64,000 bases of DNA from an uncultured Gemmatimonadaceae bacterium (GTDB lineage: Bacteria > Gemmatimonadota > Gemmatimonadetes > Gemmatimonadales > Gemmatimonadaceae), in assembly GCA_963822945.1 (NCBI GenBank), contig CAWGJO010000021.1, positions 64,001 to 128,000 of the forward strand, read 5' to 3'. Of the stretch, positions 43,216 through 52,832 are shown one piece after another (the stretch's first letter is position 1; each line of letters begins with the position of its first letter). Position numbers and translations under genes: made by a program. The notes beneath the pieces are model-generated. The model did no database searches. It was not told the origin of the DNA and saw only the letters and a list, made by a program, of their open reading frames with translations.

Positions 43216-44472
43216 ATGAGCGTCTGGACCCGCCTGCTCGACAGCTTCCGCGAGAACGTCGCCGTGGCGTTCGACTCGCTGCGGGTGAGCAAGCTGCGCT
43301 CCGGGCTCACCATTCTCGGCGTGGTGATCGGCGTCTCCACCGTCATGGCCATGGCGTCCATCGTACAGGGCATCCAGCAGCAGATCATCGACACCATCAA
43401 GATTGCCGGCCCGACCACCTTCTACGTGATGAAGGTGTTCTCCCAGACGCCGCTGAACCCGCAGGATCTGCCGCAGTGGGTGCGCGACCGGCCCAACCTC
43501 ACCGTCGCCGAGGCGCGGCGCATTCAGGCCCTGCCCGAGATCGCGTACGCCGGTATGTGGGGACAGTACATCGCCCGCGTGGAGTACGCGGGCATACGGA
43601 CCCAACCGCAGGTGATCGTCGGGGCCGACGCCAACTTCACGGAGATCCAGGGCGGCAGCCTCACCGAAGGCCGGTGGTTCACGCACAGCGAGGAGACGAG
43701 CGGCAAGTCGGTGGCCGTGCTCGACGTGGACGTGGCGCAGAAGTTGTTCGGCAGCATCGATCCGATCGGGAAGTGGGTGCACATCGGGAGCAAGCCCGCG
43801 CAAGTGGTCGGCCTGTACCAACCGGCGGCGAACATCTTCAATCCGCCCGGGCAACAGATCATGGCCATCGTGCCGTACCTGATGCTCGACCATCAGTTCA
43901 CGCTCGACAAGACGAACATGGTGTTCATCCCGGTGAAGCCGCGCCCCGGCGTCACCATCGACGACGCCGAGAGCGCCGTGATCGTTGCCTTGCGCGAGTC
44001 GCGCGGGCTGCACCCGGCGGATCACAACACCTTCGACCTGCTCACGCAGGATCAGATTCTCGACGTGTTCAACAAGCTCACGGGCGTGTTCTTCCTGGTG
44101 ATGATCGTGCTGAGCGCCGTGGCACTCCTGGTGGGCGGCATCGGGGTGATGGCGGTGATGATGATCAGCGTGACGGAGCGCACCCACGAGATCGGGCTCC
44201 GCAAGGCTGTCGGGGCCACGCGGCGCGACATCATGCAGCAGTTTCTGGTGGAAGCGGCGACGCTCACCGGCGTCGGCGGCGTGGTCGGCATTGCGGTCGG
44301 CCTCGCCCTGGGGCGCATCGTGACCGTCGCGATGAGCATCAACGCCGCGGCGCCGGTGGCGCTGACGCTCGCCGCAGTGGGGGTATCCGTCGGCATCGGG
44401 CTGGCGTTCGGCGTGCTGCCGGCCCTGCGTGCGGCGCGGCTGGATCCGGTGGAGGCGCTGCGGTACGAGTGA
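43216..44472 (+). CDS. MacB/FtsX-type ABC permease (type B, pair 3)
   Basis: SKLRSGLTILG; ERTHEIGLRKAVGA; LDPVEALRYE. Confidence 0.93.
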   Translation: MSVWTRLLDSFRENVAVAFDSLRVSKLRSGLTILGVVIGVSTVMAMASIVQGIQQQIIDTIKIAGPTTFYVMKVFSQTPLNPQDLPQWVRDRPNLTVAEARRIQALPEIAYAGMWGQYIARVEYAGIRTQPQVIVGADANFTEIQGGSLTEGRWFTHSEETSGKSVAVLDVDVAQKLFGSIDPIGKWVHIGSKPAQVVGLYQPAANIFNPPGQQIMAIVPYLMLDHQFTLDKTNMVFIPVKPRPGVTIDDAESAVIVALRESRGLHPADHNTFDLLTQDQILDVFNKLTGVFFLVMIVLSAVALLVGGIGVMAVMMISVTERTHEIGLRKAVGATRRDIMQQFLVEAATLTGVGGVVGIAVGLALGRIVTVAMSINAAAPVALTLAAVGVSVGIGLAFGVLPALRAARLDPVEALRYE

Positions 44473-44511
44473 CCGTCGAACGTTCACCGTTCGACGCCTA
44501 TATTCTCCCCC

Positions 44512-45229
44512 ATGCCCATCGATCTGCTGGCCATCGCCGCCCATCGCGACGACGTCGAACTCACCTGCGGCGGCACCCTGCTCGTGGCGGCCGGCCGGGG
44601 CCGTACCACCGGCATTCTCGATCTCTCGCAGGGCGAAGCGGGGACGCGAGGCTCGGCCGACCTGCGTGGGGAGGAGGCCGCACGCGCGGCGAAGATTCTG
44701 GGCGTCTCGGTGCGCGAGAACCTCGGCCTGCCCGACGCCGGGAATCGTGAACACGCCCGAGACGCGTGCCATGGTGGCGGGCGTGATCCGGCGTCTCCAG
44801 CCGCGTGTCGTCATCGCGCCCTCTCTCAAGGGCCGGCATCCCGATCACATCGCCGCGGCCCAATTGGTGCGCGATGCGTGCTTCGTGGCAGGCCTGGCCA
44901 AGGTGGCGCCGGGAATCCCGAAGCACCGTCCGCACAAGGTGATCCACGCCGTGACCTATCGGCAGGACTTCGAACGGCCGACCTTCGTCGTGGACGTTTC
45001 GGACGTGTTCGAGCGGAAGATGGAAGCCATCCGCTGTTACGGCTCCCAGTTCGACGACACGATCCAGGCCGGCGAGGTGTATCCCAATGGCGAACCGCTA
45101 TATGACGTCGTGCGGCACTACTCGGCGTATTACGGTGCGCTCATCCGCACCCGGTACGGCGAGCCATTCTACACCACCGAGACCATGCGCGTGGACGACG
45201 TGACGGCACTCGAGGTCGCGACCTTCTAG
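44512..45229 (+). CDS. bshB1: Bacillithiol biosynthesis deacetylase BshB1 (PIG-L family), one frameshift near 44741
   Basis: [29 protein letters not shown]; then in the next frame [26 protein letters not shown]. Confidence 0.85.
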
Positions 45230-45265
45230 CGGCGCCCGCTGGCGGGCCGCCCTATATTTCGGACC

Positions 45266-46429
45266 ATGGCGGTCCCCATCTATCTCGATCACTCGGCCAC
45301 GACCCCGGTACGTCCGGAGGTCCTCGACGCCATGCAGCCGTTCTACGGCCCGCGCTTCGGGAACCCGTCGAGCGCCCACCGGTGGGGCCGGGAAGCCCGC
45401 GTCGCGCTGGATGAGGCGCGGGAGCGCGTCGCCCGGTGCCTCGGGGCGCACGCGGATGAGGTCTGCTTCACCTCCGGCGGCACGGAGTCCGACAACCTCG
45501 CCGTGCTGGGCGTCTGGCGGGCGCATCGGAGCCGTGGGAAGACGGCCATCGTCACCACCCCCATCGAGCACAAGGCGGTGCTGGAGGCGGTGCACACGGC
45601 CGCCCACGAGGGCGCCGAGGAGCGGCTCACCCGCATGACGCCCGACGGCCTCGTCGATCGATCGTCCTTCGACGAGCTGTTGCGGGACGACGTCGCGATC
45701 GCGTCGGTGATGTGGGTGAACAACGAGATCGGCGCCATTCAGCCGGTGCCCGAGTTCGCGGCCATGGCGCGCGAACGCGGCGTGGTCTTCCATACCGACG
45801 CCGTGCAGGCATTTGGCAAGCTCGATGTCGACACCACGAAGCTCCCCGTCGACCTGCTCTCCATCTCGGGGCACAAGATCGGCGCCCCCAAGGGATGCGG
45901 CGTGTTGTTCGTCCGGCGTGGCACGTCCGTCGAGCCGCTCTTCCACGGCGGTTCCCAGGACCGCGGCCGTCGCCCCGGCACCGAGAACGTCGCGTTTGCG
46001 GTGGCGCTCGCCACAGCCGCCGAACTCGCGGTCGCCGAACGGGAGGAGGAATCCACACGGTTGGCCGCCCTGCGCGACCGCCTCCAGGCCATGCTCGAGC
46101 AGCGCATCCCCGAGATCGTCGTGCATGCCCGCCACGCACCGCGCGCGCCGCACATCCTGAACGTCTCGGTACCGGGCACGGAGAGCGAGTCCATGCTCAT
46201 GGCACTCGATCTCCAGGGCATCGCGTGCTCGGGCGGATCGGCGTGTCAGACCGGCGCCGGCTCACCGTCGTATGTGTTGTCGGCCATCGGCGTGAATCCG
46301 GCCCTGGCCGGCGCGGCCGTGCGCATGAGTCTCGGCGCGTTGACCGACGATGCCGCCATCGACCGGGTGGCCGAGGTGTTCCCCGCCCTCGTGGCCAAGG
46401 CGCGCGGCGTTTCGGCGGCCGCCGTCTGA
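45266..46429 (+). CDS. Cysteine desulfurase (IscS/NifS family)
   Basis: IYLDHSATT, GNPSS, FTSGGTE, HTDAVQ, SGHK (PLP Lys), SGGSAC (catalytic Cys); adjacent to mnmA. Confidence 0.93.
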   Translation: MAVPIYLDHSATTPVRPEVLDAMQPFYGPRFGNPSSAHRWGREARVALDEARERVARCLGAHADEVCFTSGGTESDNLAVLGVWRAHRSRGKTAIVTTPIEHKAVLEAVHTAAHEGAEERLTRMTPDGLVDRSSFDELLRDDVAIASVMWVNNEIGAIQPVPEFAAMARERGVVFHTDAVQAFGKLDVDTTKLPVDLLSISGHKIGAPKGCGVLFVRRGTSVEPLFHGGSQDRGRRPGTENVAFAVALATAAELAVAEREEESTRLAALRDRLQAMLEQRIPEIVVHARHAPRAPHILNVSVPGTESESMLMALDLQGIACSGGSACQTGAGSPSYVLSAIGVNPALAGAAVRMSLGALTDDAAIDRVAEVFPALVAKARGVSAAAV

Positions 46430-46440
46430 GCCCGCGCCCG

Positions 46441-47559
46441 ATGCCATCCATGAAGGAGCGCGTGTTGGTCGCCATGTCGGGCGGCGTCGATTCGTCCGTG
46501 GCTGCCGCCATGCTCGTCGAGCAGGGCTACGACGTCGTGGGCGCTACGATGAAGCTGTTCTGCTACGGCGACGAGGTCGTCGACCGCCCCTGTTGCTCAC
46601 TGGACTCGATCAACGACGCGCGCCGCGTGTGCGACACGCTCGGCATTCCGCACTACGTCCTCAATCTCGAGAGCGCGTTCTCGCACGATGTCATCGACGA
46701 CTTCGTCGACGAGTACGCGCGTGGACGCACGCCGATCCCCTGCGTGCGCTGCAACACCTTCACCAAGTTCCGGGACCTCGTGCATCGCGCGGACGGCGTC
46801 GACGCGCGCTGGATCGCGACCGGCCACTACGCGCGCATCGTCGACGGGGTGCTCCATCGAGGCGTCGATCGGTCCAAGGACCAGTCGTACTTCCTGTGGG
46901 GCATCGACCGCACGGTGCTGTCCCGCATGTTGCTCCCCGTGGGAACGCAGACCAAGAGCGAGACGCGTGCTCTGGCCCGCCTGCTGGACCTCCGGGTCGT
47001 GGCCGACAAGCTGGAGAGCCAGGACATCTGCTTCGTGCCCGACGGCGACCACACGAAGATCATTCGCTCGAAACTCGGCGCCGACGCCCCGAGCCTCTCG
47101 CGGGGCCCATTCGTGCTTTCCGGCGGAGAGGTCGTGGGACACCACGACGGACACGCGCGCTTCACCATCGGGCAACGGCGAGGGCTCCCCGGCGGCTTCG
47201 CCGAGCCGATGTTCGTGGTCGCCATCCGTCCCGCCGACCGGGCGGTGGTGATCGGCACGCGCGAGGAGCTGCTCGGCAGCGGTCTTGTTGCCCGCGGCGT
47301 GAACTGGCTCGTGGATGCGCCCACCGTCGGCGCGCGCATCCGCGTGCAGGTGCGCCACCGGGCGCCGGCGGCGCGTGCCGAGATCGTTCGGCTGGAAGGC
47401 GACGAGATCGAACTCGCCCTCGACGACGCAGTCAGCGCCATCACCCCGGGACAATCGGCCGTGTTCTACGACGGCGACCGGGTGTTGGGGGGTGGACTCA
47501 TCGAGTCGGCGGCCCGGCGAGCGCTGCCCGTGATGGCCGGTGAACCCGCAGGCAGGTAG
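46441..47559 (+). CDS. mnmA: tRNA 2-thiouridine(34) synthase MnmA
   Basis: AMSGGVDS, PCC, TPIPCVRCN, ATGHY, KDQSYFL, ESQDICF, TIGQRRGL, TPGQSAVFY; start 46441 or 46450. Confidence 0.96.
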   Translation: MPSMKERVLVAMSGGVDSSVAAAMLVEQGYDVVGATMKLFCYGDEVVDRPCCSLDSINDARRVCDTLGIPHYVLNLESAFSHDVIDDFVDEYARGRTPIPCVRCNTFTKFRDLVHRADGVDARWIATGHYARIVDGVLHRGVDRSKDQSYFLWGIDRTVLSRMLLPVGTQTKSETRALARLLDLRVVADKLESQDICFVPDGDHTKIIRSKLGADAPSLSRGPFVLSGGEVVGHHDGHARFTIGQRRGLPGGFAEPMFVVAIRPADRAVVIGTREELLGSGLVARGVNWLVDAPTVGARIRVQVRHRAPAARAEIVRLEGDEIELALDDAVSAITPGQSAVFYDGDRVLGGGLIESAARRALPVMAGEPAGR

Positions 47560-47631
47560 GCGAGTGTCCGCGTAGCAGCTCGTCCTGCCAGCCACTCACC
47601 ACCCCCACCGCAGGCGCCGCAGGTGCCGTTT

Positions 47632-47688
47632 GACTGTCTGACTGTCCGACTGTTGTCCGACTGTCCGACTGTCCGACTGTCCGACTGT
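47632..47688 (-). repeat. 8-bp tandem repeat (GACTGTCC on +), about 7 imperfect copies
   Basis: Directly downstream of the dnaJ stop, between convergent mnmA and dnaJ. Confidence 0.92.
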
Positions 47689-48810
47689 TCAGTACTTCAG
47701 CCCGCCCGCCTCCGCGAACTCCTTCATCATCTTTTCCTGATCGGGCGTGAGCTTGTCGGGCACCGTGACCTCGACCTGCACGATCAGGTCGCCGCGGGCG
47801 CCCTCCTTCTCCACCCCCTGCCCCTTTACCCGGAAGCGCTTGCCCGAGGGTGTACCGGCGGGAATGCGGATGGCCACCTTCTTCCCGTTGAGCGTGCGCA
47901 CGCCGACCTTGGACCCGAGGGTTGCCTGCGCGATGTTGATCGGGACCTTCGCCACGAGGTCGAGCCCCTCCCGGGCATAGAACCGGTCGGCGGCCACCTG
48001 AATGGTGATCAGCAGATCGCCCGGCGGGCCGTTGCGCGCCCCGCGCCCGCCCTGCCCCTTGAGCCGGATCCGCGTACCCGTATCGGCGCCGGCCGGCACG
48101 GTGATCAGCACCTTGCGGCGGGCCCGCACCTCACCGTTGCCACCGCACGTGGAGCAGCGTTCGCTCGGCACCTGGCCGCGCCCCAGACACTGCGGGCAGG
48201 GACGCTGGACGGCGAACCCACCCTGGCCGAACGAGATCGTGCCCCGCCCCCCGCACTCCGGACAGGTCTGGAACTTGGCGCCCGGCGCACCGCCCGATCC
48301 GTGACAGGTCTCGCACTCCTCGGTCAACTCGAGTTCCACCGGCACCTTGCCGCCGGTGGCGGCGGTGCGGAACGGCACTTCGAGCGACCGCTCGACATCC
48401 TGCCCGCGTTCGGGTCCGCGCGAGCGAGCGCGCCCCCCGCCGAACATGGAACTGAACAGGTCGCCGAAGCCACCCAGGCCTCCGAGGTCACCCAGATCCT
48501 CGAACTTGAAGCCGCCGCCGGGCGCGCCGCCGGGGGCCCCCGATGACGGGCGCGGACCGCGGGCCGACGTGAACCCGCCGCCGAACGCGCCGAGGCGGCG
48601 CATCTCGTCGTACTGTTTGCGCTTCTCCGCGTCGCCGATGACCGTGTACGCCTCCGAGATCTCCTTGAAGCGTTCAGCGGCCTTTGGGTCGTTCGGATTG
48701 GCGTCGGGGTGGAATTTCTTGGCCAGCTTCCGGTACTGCTTCTTGATGTCTTCCTGCTTGGCGGAAGCGGGCACCCCGAGTACAGCGTAGTAGTCCTTGG
48801 ATGGCGGCAT
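47689..48810 (-). CDS. dnaJ: Molecular chaperone DnaJ (class A)
   Basis: J-domain HPD, G/F-rich region, four CxxCxGxG motifs, C-terminal domains. Confidence 0.96.
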   Translation of the reverse strand: MPPSKDYYAVLGVPASAKQEDIKKQYRKLAKKFHPDANPNDPKAAERFKEISEAYTVIGDAEKRKQYDEMRRLGAFGGGFTSARGPRPSSGAPGGAPGGGFKFEDLGDLGGLGGFGDLFSSMFGGGRARSRGPERGQDVERSLEVPFRTAATGGKVPVELELTEECETCHGSGGAPGAKFQTCPECGGRGTISFGQGGFAVQRPCPQCLGRGQVPSERCSTCGGNGEVRARRKVLITVPAGADTGTRIRLKGQGGRGARNGPPGDLLITIQVAADRFYAREGLDLVAKVPINIAQATLGSKVGVRTLNGKKVAIRIPAGTPSGKRFRVKGQGVEKEGARGDLIVQVEVTVPDKLTPDQEKMMKEFAEAGGLKY

Positions 48811-48819
48811 GCGGGTTGG

Positions 48820-49419
48820 CTACGGTTCGTCGTGCCACTGCGTCACGACGACGCGAGCGGGACGAAGCAACTGGCCATTGAAGAGGTAGCCCACCTGGTA
48901 AACCTGGGCGACGCGGTGGTCCTCCTCAGGCAGTTCGGCACGGACGGCCGACACGGCTTCGTGCACCTCGGGGTTGAACTGCTCCCCGAGCGGATTCAGC
49001 ACCTCCAGCCCGTGCCCCGCCAGCGTCTTCAACAACTTCTTCTCCACCATGTCGGCGCCCTGAACCACCGTCGCCGCGTCCACGGTCGCCGGATCCACGT
49101 GTGCAAACCGGCCCAGGTCATCCAGCGCGTCGAGCATGCCGCGAATCAACAGCCCCATGCCGCGCAGTTCGGCGTCTTGCCGCTCGCGCACCGTACGCTT
49201 GCGAAAATTGTCATACTCGGCCGCGAGGCGGAGCAGCTTGTCCTTCTGGTCGGCGAGTTCGCCTTCCAGGGCGGCCACGACCGTGGCCGCGTCGACGACA
49301 TCGCCCGACGCTGCCGGATCCTGGCCCACAATGCCCACGTCGTCGGCGTTCGGCGTCGGTTGCCCGGCGCCCTCCTGCGGCTCGGCGGGTGTCTTGGCGG
49401 AATTGGCTTTGTGTGTCAT
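48820..49419 (-). CDS. grpE: Nucleotide exchange factor GrpE
   Basis: LRLAAEYDNFRKR, FNPEVHEAV, QVGYLFNGQLLRPARVVV; ATG 49419 after GGAGG. Confidence 0.94.
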   Translation of the reverse strand: MTHKANSAKTPAEPQEGAGQPTPNADDVGIVGQDPAASGDVVDAATVVAALEGELADQKDKLLRLAAEYDNFRKRTVRERQDAELRGMGLLIRGMLDALDDLGRFAHVDPATVDAATVVQGADMVEKKLLKTLAGHGLEVLNPLGEQFNPEVHEAVSAVRAELPEEDHRVAQVYQVGYLFNGQLLRPARVVVTQWHDEP

Positions 49420-49450
49420 TGAAGTAAACTTCGTCCTCCGGGCGCACAGT

Positions 49451-49466
49451 CGCAATGTCCGTGCCC
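49451..49466 (-). promoter_or_regulatory. Candidate sigma-54 promoter for grpE-dnaJ
   Basis: Minus strand GGGCACGGACATTGCG, GG-N10-GC; predicted TSS falls just upstream of the RBS. Confidence 0.55.
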
Positions 49467-49656
49467 CAAGAGCCTGCCATCCCGGCGGAACTCGGGTGCG
49501 CACGCGCCCATCCTTGCAGGACTCGCCGGCAGTGTGGCCGACCCGGTGACGGCATCGGGAACCGCCAGGTCCATGAACGGTATCAGAGGACGCCCCCCGA
49601 GACGACGCGTCTGCATCACTCCTGGGGTGCGACCTCAGGCCACACAGAGGATAACG

Positions 49657-50238
49657 GTGGGTTCGCTGTTGACGGCGGTGCGACAGGCACCGGATCTCGT
49701 GCTGCACCAGGTGCGGCGGTATGCAGCCCAGGTCGTGATCTCGCGGCCTCAGCAGGTGTCGACGGTGCTTGTGGTGTGCCACGGGAATATCTGTCGCAGC
49801 CCGTATGCGGCCGTGATCATGGGCCGGTGGCTGTCCCGGACGGGAATTTCCGTGCAATCGGCCGGTTTCGTGGGCCCCGGACGGCGATCTCCCCCAGAGG
49901 CGATCCTCGCGGCCCATCGGCGCGGCGTGAACCTGTCCACGCACCGGTCGGTGACGCTCACCTCGGCGATGGTGCGCGCCGCCGGGCTGGTGGTCACGAT
50001 GGACGCGGCCCAGGCTCGCGAAATCCGCCGGCGATTCGGGAAGCCGTCGAGCCAGGTCCTCGTCCTCAGCGACTTCGACCCCATCGAAGCGACCCCCCGC
50101 GCCATCGACGATCCGTTCGGACAGCCGGCAGCGACGTACGATCGCGTCTACGGACGGATCGAACGGTGCTCGGCCGCCCTCACCGAGCGGCTGATCAGGC
50201 GGCTGCGGCGGCCCGAATCTTGCGCGGAAGCGGGGTGA
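49657..50238 (+). CDS. Low-molecular-weight protein-tyrosine phosphatase (Wzb-like), copy 1
   Basis: VCHGNICRS P-loop, SAG, HRS, TMD, IDDPFG; probable GTG start after GAGG. Confidence 0.87.
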   Translation: MGSLLTAVRQAPDLVLHQVRRYAAQVVISRPQQVSTVLVVCHGNICRSPYAAVIMGRWLSRTGISVQSAGFVGPGRRSPPEAILAAHRRGVNLSTHRSVTLTSAMVRAAGLVVTMDAAQAREIRRRFGKPSSQVLVLSDFDPIEATPRAIDDPFGQPAATYDRVYGRIERCSAALTERLIRRLRRPESCAEAG

Positions 50239-50301
50239 TCGTCGCGCTGGACCGGCGACGCAACGTCCGTCTTCACTCTCGCTCGTCATCCCCCCGCGAT
50301 C

Positions 50302-50895
50302 ATGACCGTGCGAAAACTGATGCACCCGGTTCTGGCCGCGTCCAGGTTCGCCCGAGACCGGGCTCTGCACCCCTTCCGCCGCCGTGCGGCGTACGCGGCG
50401 GCCGCCCGCGATCCGCGCCCGCGGTCCATCCTGGTCGTGTGCCACGGCAACATCTGCCGGAGCCCCTTTGCCGAGGCCGCGATTCGCCGTGAGTTGAACG
50501 GAGCCGCCGTTCGCGTCAGCTCGGCGGGATTCATCGGGCCGGGCCGCCAGCCGCCCCAGAACGCCCTCCAGGCGGCCGCCGGTCGCGGTATCGACATGAC
50601 CGACCATCGCTCGCGGGTGCTCGAACCAGCCATCGTTCAGGGCGCCGATCTCGTGATCACCATGGATGCGCGCCAGGCACGGGATATCTGCGAGCGGTTC
50701 GGGAAGCCGCCTGGGCAGGTGGTCCCGCTCGGGGATTTCGATCCGGGATCGTCGGACGGACGCACCATCATGGATCCCGTGGAACTCCCCGTTGAAGTCT
50801 TCGATCGGGTCTACGCCCGCATCGAGATGTGCGCGGAGCAGGTGGCCCGTGCTATACTCGGGGCGTCCGGGTCCCCCATCGCGACCTCTCGCTAG
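50302..50895 (+). CDS. Low-molecular-weight protein-tyrosine phosphatase (Wzb-like), copy 2
   Basis: VCHGNICRS, SAG, HRS, TMD, IMDP. Confidence 0.9.
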   Translation: MTVRKLMHPVLAASRFARDRALHPFRRRAAYAAAARDPRPRSILVVCHGNICRSPFAEAAIRRELNGAAVRVSSAGFIGPGRQPPQNALQAAAGRGIDMTDHRSRVLEPAIVQGADLVITMDARQARDICERFGKPPGQVVPLGDFDPGSSDGRTIMDPVELPVEVFDRVYARIEMCAEQVARAILGASGSPIATSR

Positions 50896-50950
50896 GCCCA
50901 CCACGGCCGGTGGTCGTTGCGTCAGCGCCACAAATAGACCGTGGCAGGCA

Positions 50951-50966
50951 CGGCACATCCATTGCA
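50951..50966 (+). promoter_or_regulatory. Candidate sigma-54 promoter for the XrtA-type deacetylase operon
   Basis: CGGCACATCCATTGCA, GG-N10-GC; predicted TSS near the ATG at 50979. Confidence 0.55.
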
Positions 50967-50978
50967 TCGAGCGTTGTC

Positions 50979-51813
50979 ATGACGCAGCACCATTTTACCG
51001 TCGACGTGGAGGAGTACTTCCACGCATCGGCGTTCGAGCGCGTGATCGACCGGTCGGAGTGGGACGGGCTCGAACGGCGATCGGCGGACGCGGTTCGCCG
51101 GTTGCTCGACCTGATGGCCCGTCACGACGCCACGGGCACCTTCTTCGTCCTTGGCTGGGTTGCGGAGCGCGATCCCGATCTGGTAAAGGCCATCGCCGCC
51201 GCCGGGCACGAGGTGGCTTCGCACGGATGGGACCACCGGCGCGTTACGCAGCAGGCGCCGCACCAATTCAGGGAATCCGTCCGCGACAGCAAACGCCTGC
51301 TCGAGGATACCACCGGCCAGCGCGTGCGCGGGTTTCGCGCGCCCAGCTATTCGATCGTGCCCGGGCTCGAGTGGGCGCTCGATGTGTTGCTGGAAGAAGG
51401 CTACTCCTACGACTCCAGCCTCTTTCCGATCTGGCGACCCGACGGATATGGCTATGCGTGCGGCGAAGCCCGACCCCCATTGGCTCGAGCGTCCCAGCGG
51501 TCGGCTGGCCGAAGTTCCGCCGACCACCTGGCGCCGGTCTGGAATCTCCCTGCCGGCGGCCGGTGGAGCCTACTTCCGTCTGTTCCCCTACGCATTCGTG
51601 CGCTCGGCATTCTCGGCGTGTGACCGCCGTGGCGTGCCGGGCACCTTCTACATCCACCCCTGGGAAATCGATCCGGGGCAACCGCGGATGCCGGTGGGAT
51701 GGGCGACTCGCGTCCGCCACTACGGCGGTATGACGCGGACCATGCCCCGGCTCGAGCGTCTGCTCACCGAGTTCCGGTTCGCCACCATCGCTCAGACGGT
51801 GGACCAGTTGTGA
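50979..51813 (+). CDS. XrtA/PEP-CTERM system polysaccharide deacetylase (DUF3473), one frameshift near 51462
   Basis: FTVDVEEYF, TFFVLGWVAER, HEVASHG..H, GFRAPSYS, YDSS; then in the next frame GGAYFRLFP, FYIHPWEID. Confidence 0.87.
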
Positions 51814-52832
51814 ACGCGGTCGCCCCGTTCACCGGCCCCGCGGAGGAGTGGGACGCGTTCGTCCGCGCCGATCACGAAGGGACGTTCGCCCACCTGGCCG
51901 CGTGGTGGCCGATCATGCGCGACGTCTTCGGCCACGAGGTGCTGCCGCTCGCCGTTCGCGACGATCGCGGTGAGCTCACCGGCGTGCTGCCACTGGTCCA
52001 TGTGAGCAGCCGGCTGTTCGGGAAGTACCTGATCTCGATGCCGTTCCTGAATGCGGGCGGACCGCTGGGCACGCCCGAAGCTCGGGACGCCCTGGCGGCC
52101 GAGGCGGAGAGTGAGGGGCGGCGGCGCAAGGTGACCCTGGTGGAACTGCGGAACTACGGATCGGCGCCTCAGTGGGGGCGGGTGACGGACCGGAAGATCA
52201 CCGTGCACCTTCCGCTCCCGGCAACCGAGGAGCCGTTGTGGAAGGCGTTTTCGTCGAAGCTGCGCAGCCAGGTCCGGCGGGCGATGCGCGAGGAGTTCGA
52301 GGTCCGGTTCGGCAGCACTGAACTCGACGCCTTCTACGAGGTATTCACGCGCAACATGCGTGCCCTGGGCACCCCCGTGCTGCCGCGGCGTGTGTTCGAG
52401 CGGATCATGAGCGCGTTCCCCGGCGTGGCCGAGTGCGCCGTGGTCTACGACGGCACCACGCCGATCGCCGGCGGCGTCGGGTTCACCTGGAACGGCCAGT
52501 TCGAGTTGACGTGGGCGTCGGCGCTCCGCGAGTACAACGCCCGCGCGCCGAACATGCTTCTGTACTGGTCGTTGATGCAGCGCGCCATCGCCTCGGGCCA
52601 GCGCATCTTCGACTTCGGGCGCTGCACGCCGGGCGGCGGAACGCACAAGTTCAAGCGCCAGTGGGGTGGGCATGACGTTCCCCTGCCCTGGACGCAGTGG
52701 GCCCCGGGCGAAGCGCAGGCACCGCCGTCACCCGATCAGCCCATCTTCCGCATGGCGTCGGCGTGCTGGCGGAGGCTTCCCCTCGCCGTGACCAACCGGT
52801 TGGGGCCGATGATCGCCACGCAGCTACCGTGA
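51810..52832 (+). CDS. FemAB-related GNAT protein, XrtA/PEP-CTERM system-associated
   Basis: GTGA overlap; SRLFGKYLISMPFLN, KLRSQVRR, RNMRALGTP, PNMLLYW, FDFGR, FKRQWG. Confidence 0.9.
   Translation: MNAVAPFTGPAEEWDAFVRADHEGTFAHLAAWWPIMRDVFGHEVLPLAVRDDRGELTGVLPLVHVSSRLFGKYLISMPFLNAGGPLGTPEARDALAAEAESEGRRRKVTLVELRNYGSAPQWGRVTDRKITVHLPLPATEEPLWKAFSSKLRSQVRRAMREEFEVRFGSTELDAFYEVFTRNMRALGTPVLPRRVFERIMSAFPGVAECAVVYDGTTPIAGGVGFTWNGQFELTWASALREYNARAPNMLLYWSLMQRAIASGQRIFDFGRCTPGGGTHKFKRQWGGHDVPLPWTQWAPGEAQAPPSPDQPIFRMASACWRRLPLAVTNRLGPMIATQLP

Noticed and set aside
41916..44829. 944-aa (+) and 956-aa (-) ORFs
   Set aside because: Off-frame and antisense shadows of the permeases; Arg/Gly/His-rich with no motifs, as expected in high-GC DNA
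49420..50967. Apparent 715-aa GrpE fusion
   Set aside because: The N-terminal 516 aa are antisense to the two phosphatases; grpE has its own RBS and ATG at 49419
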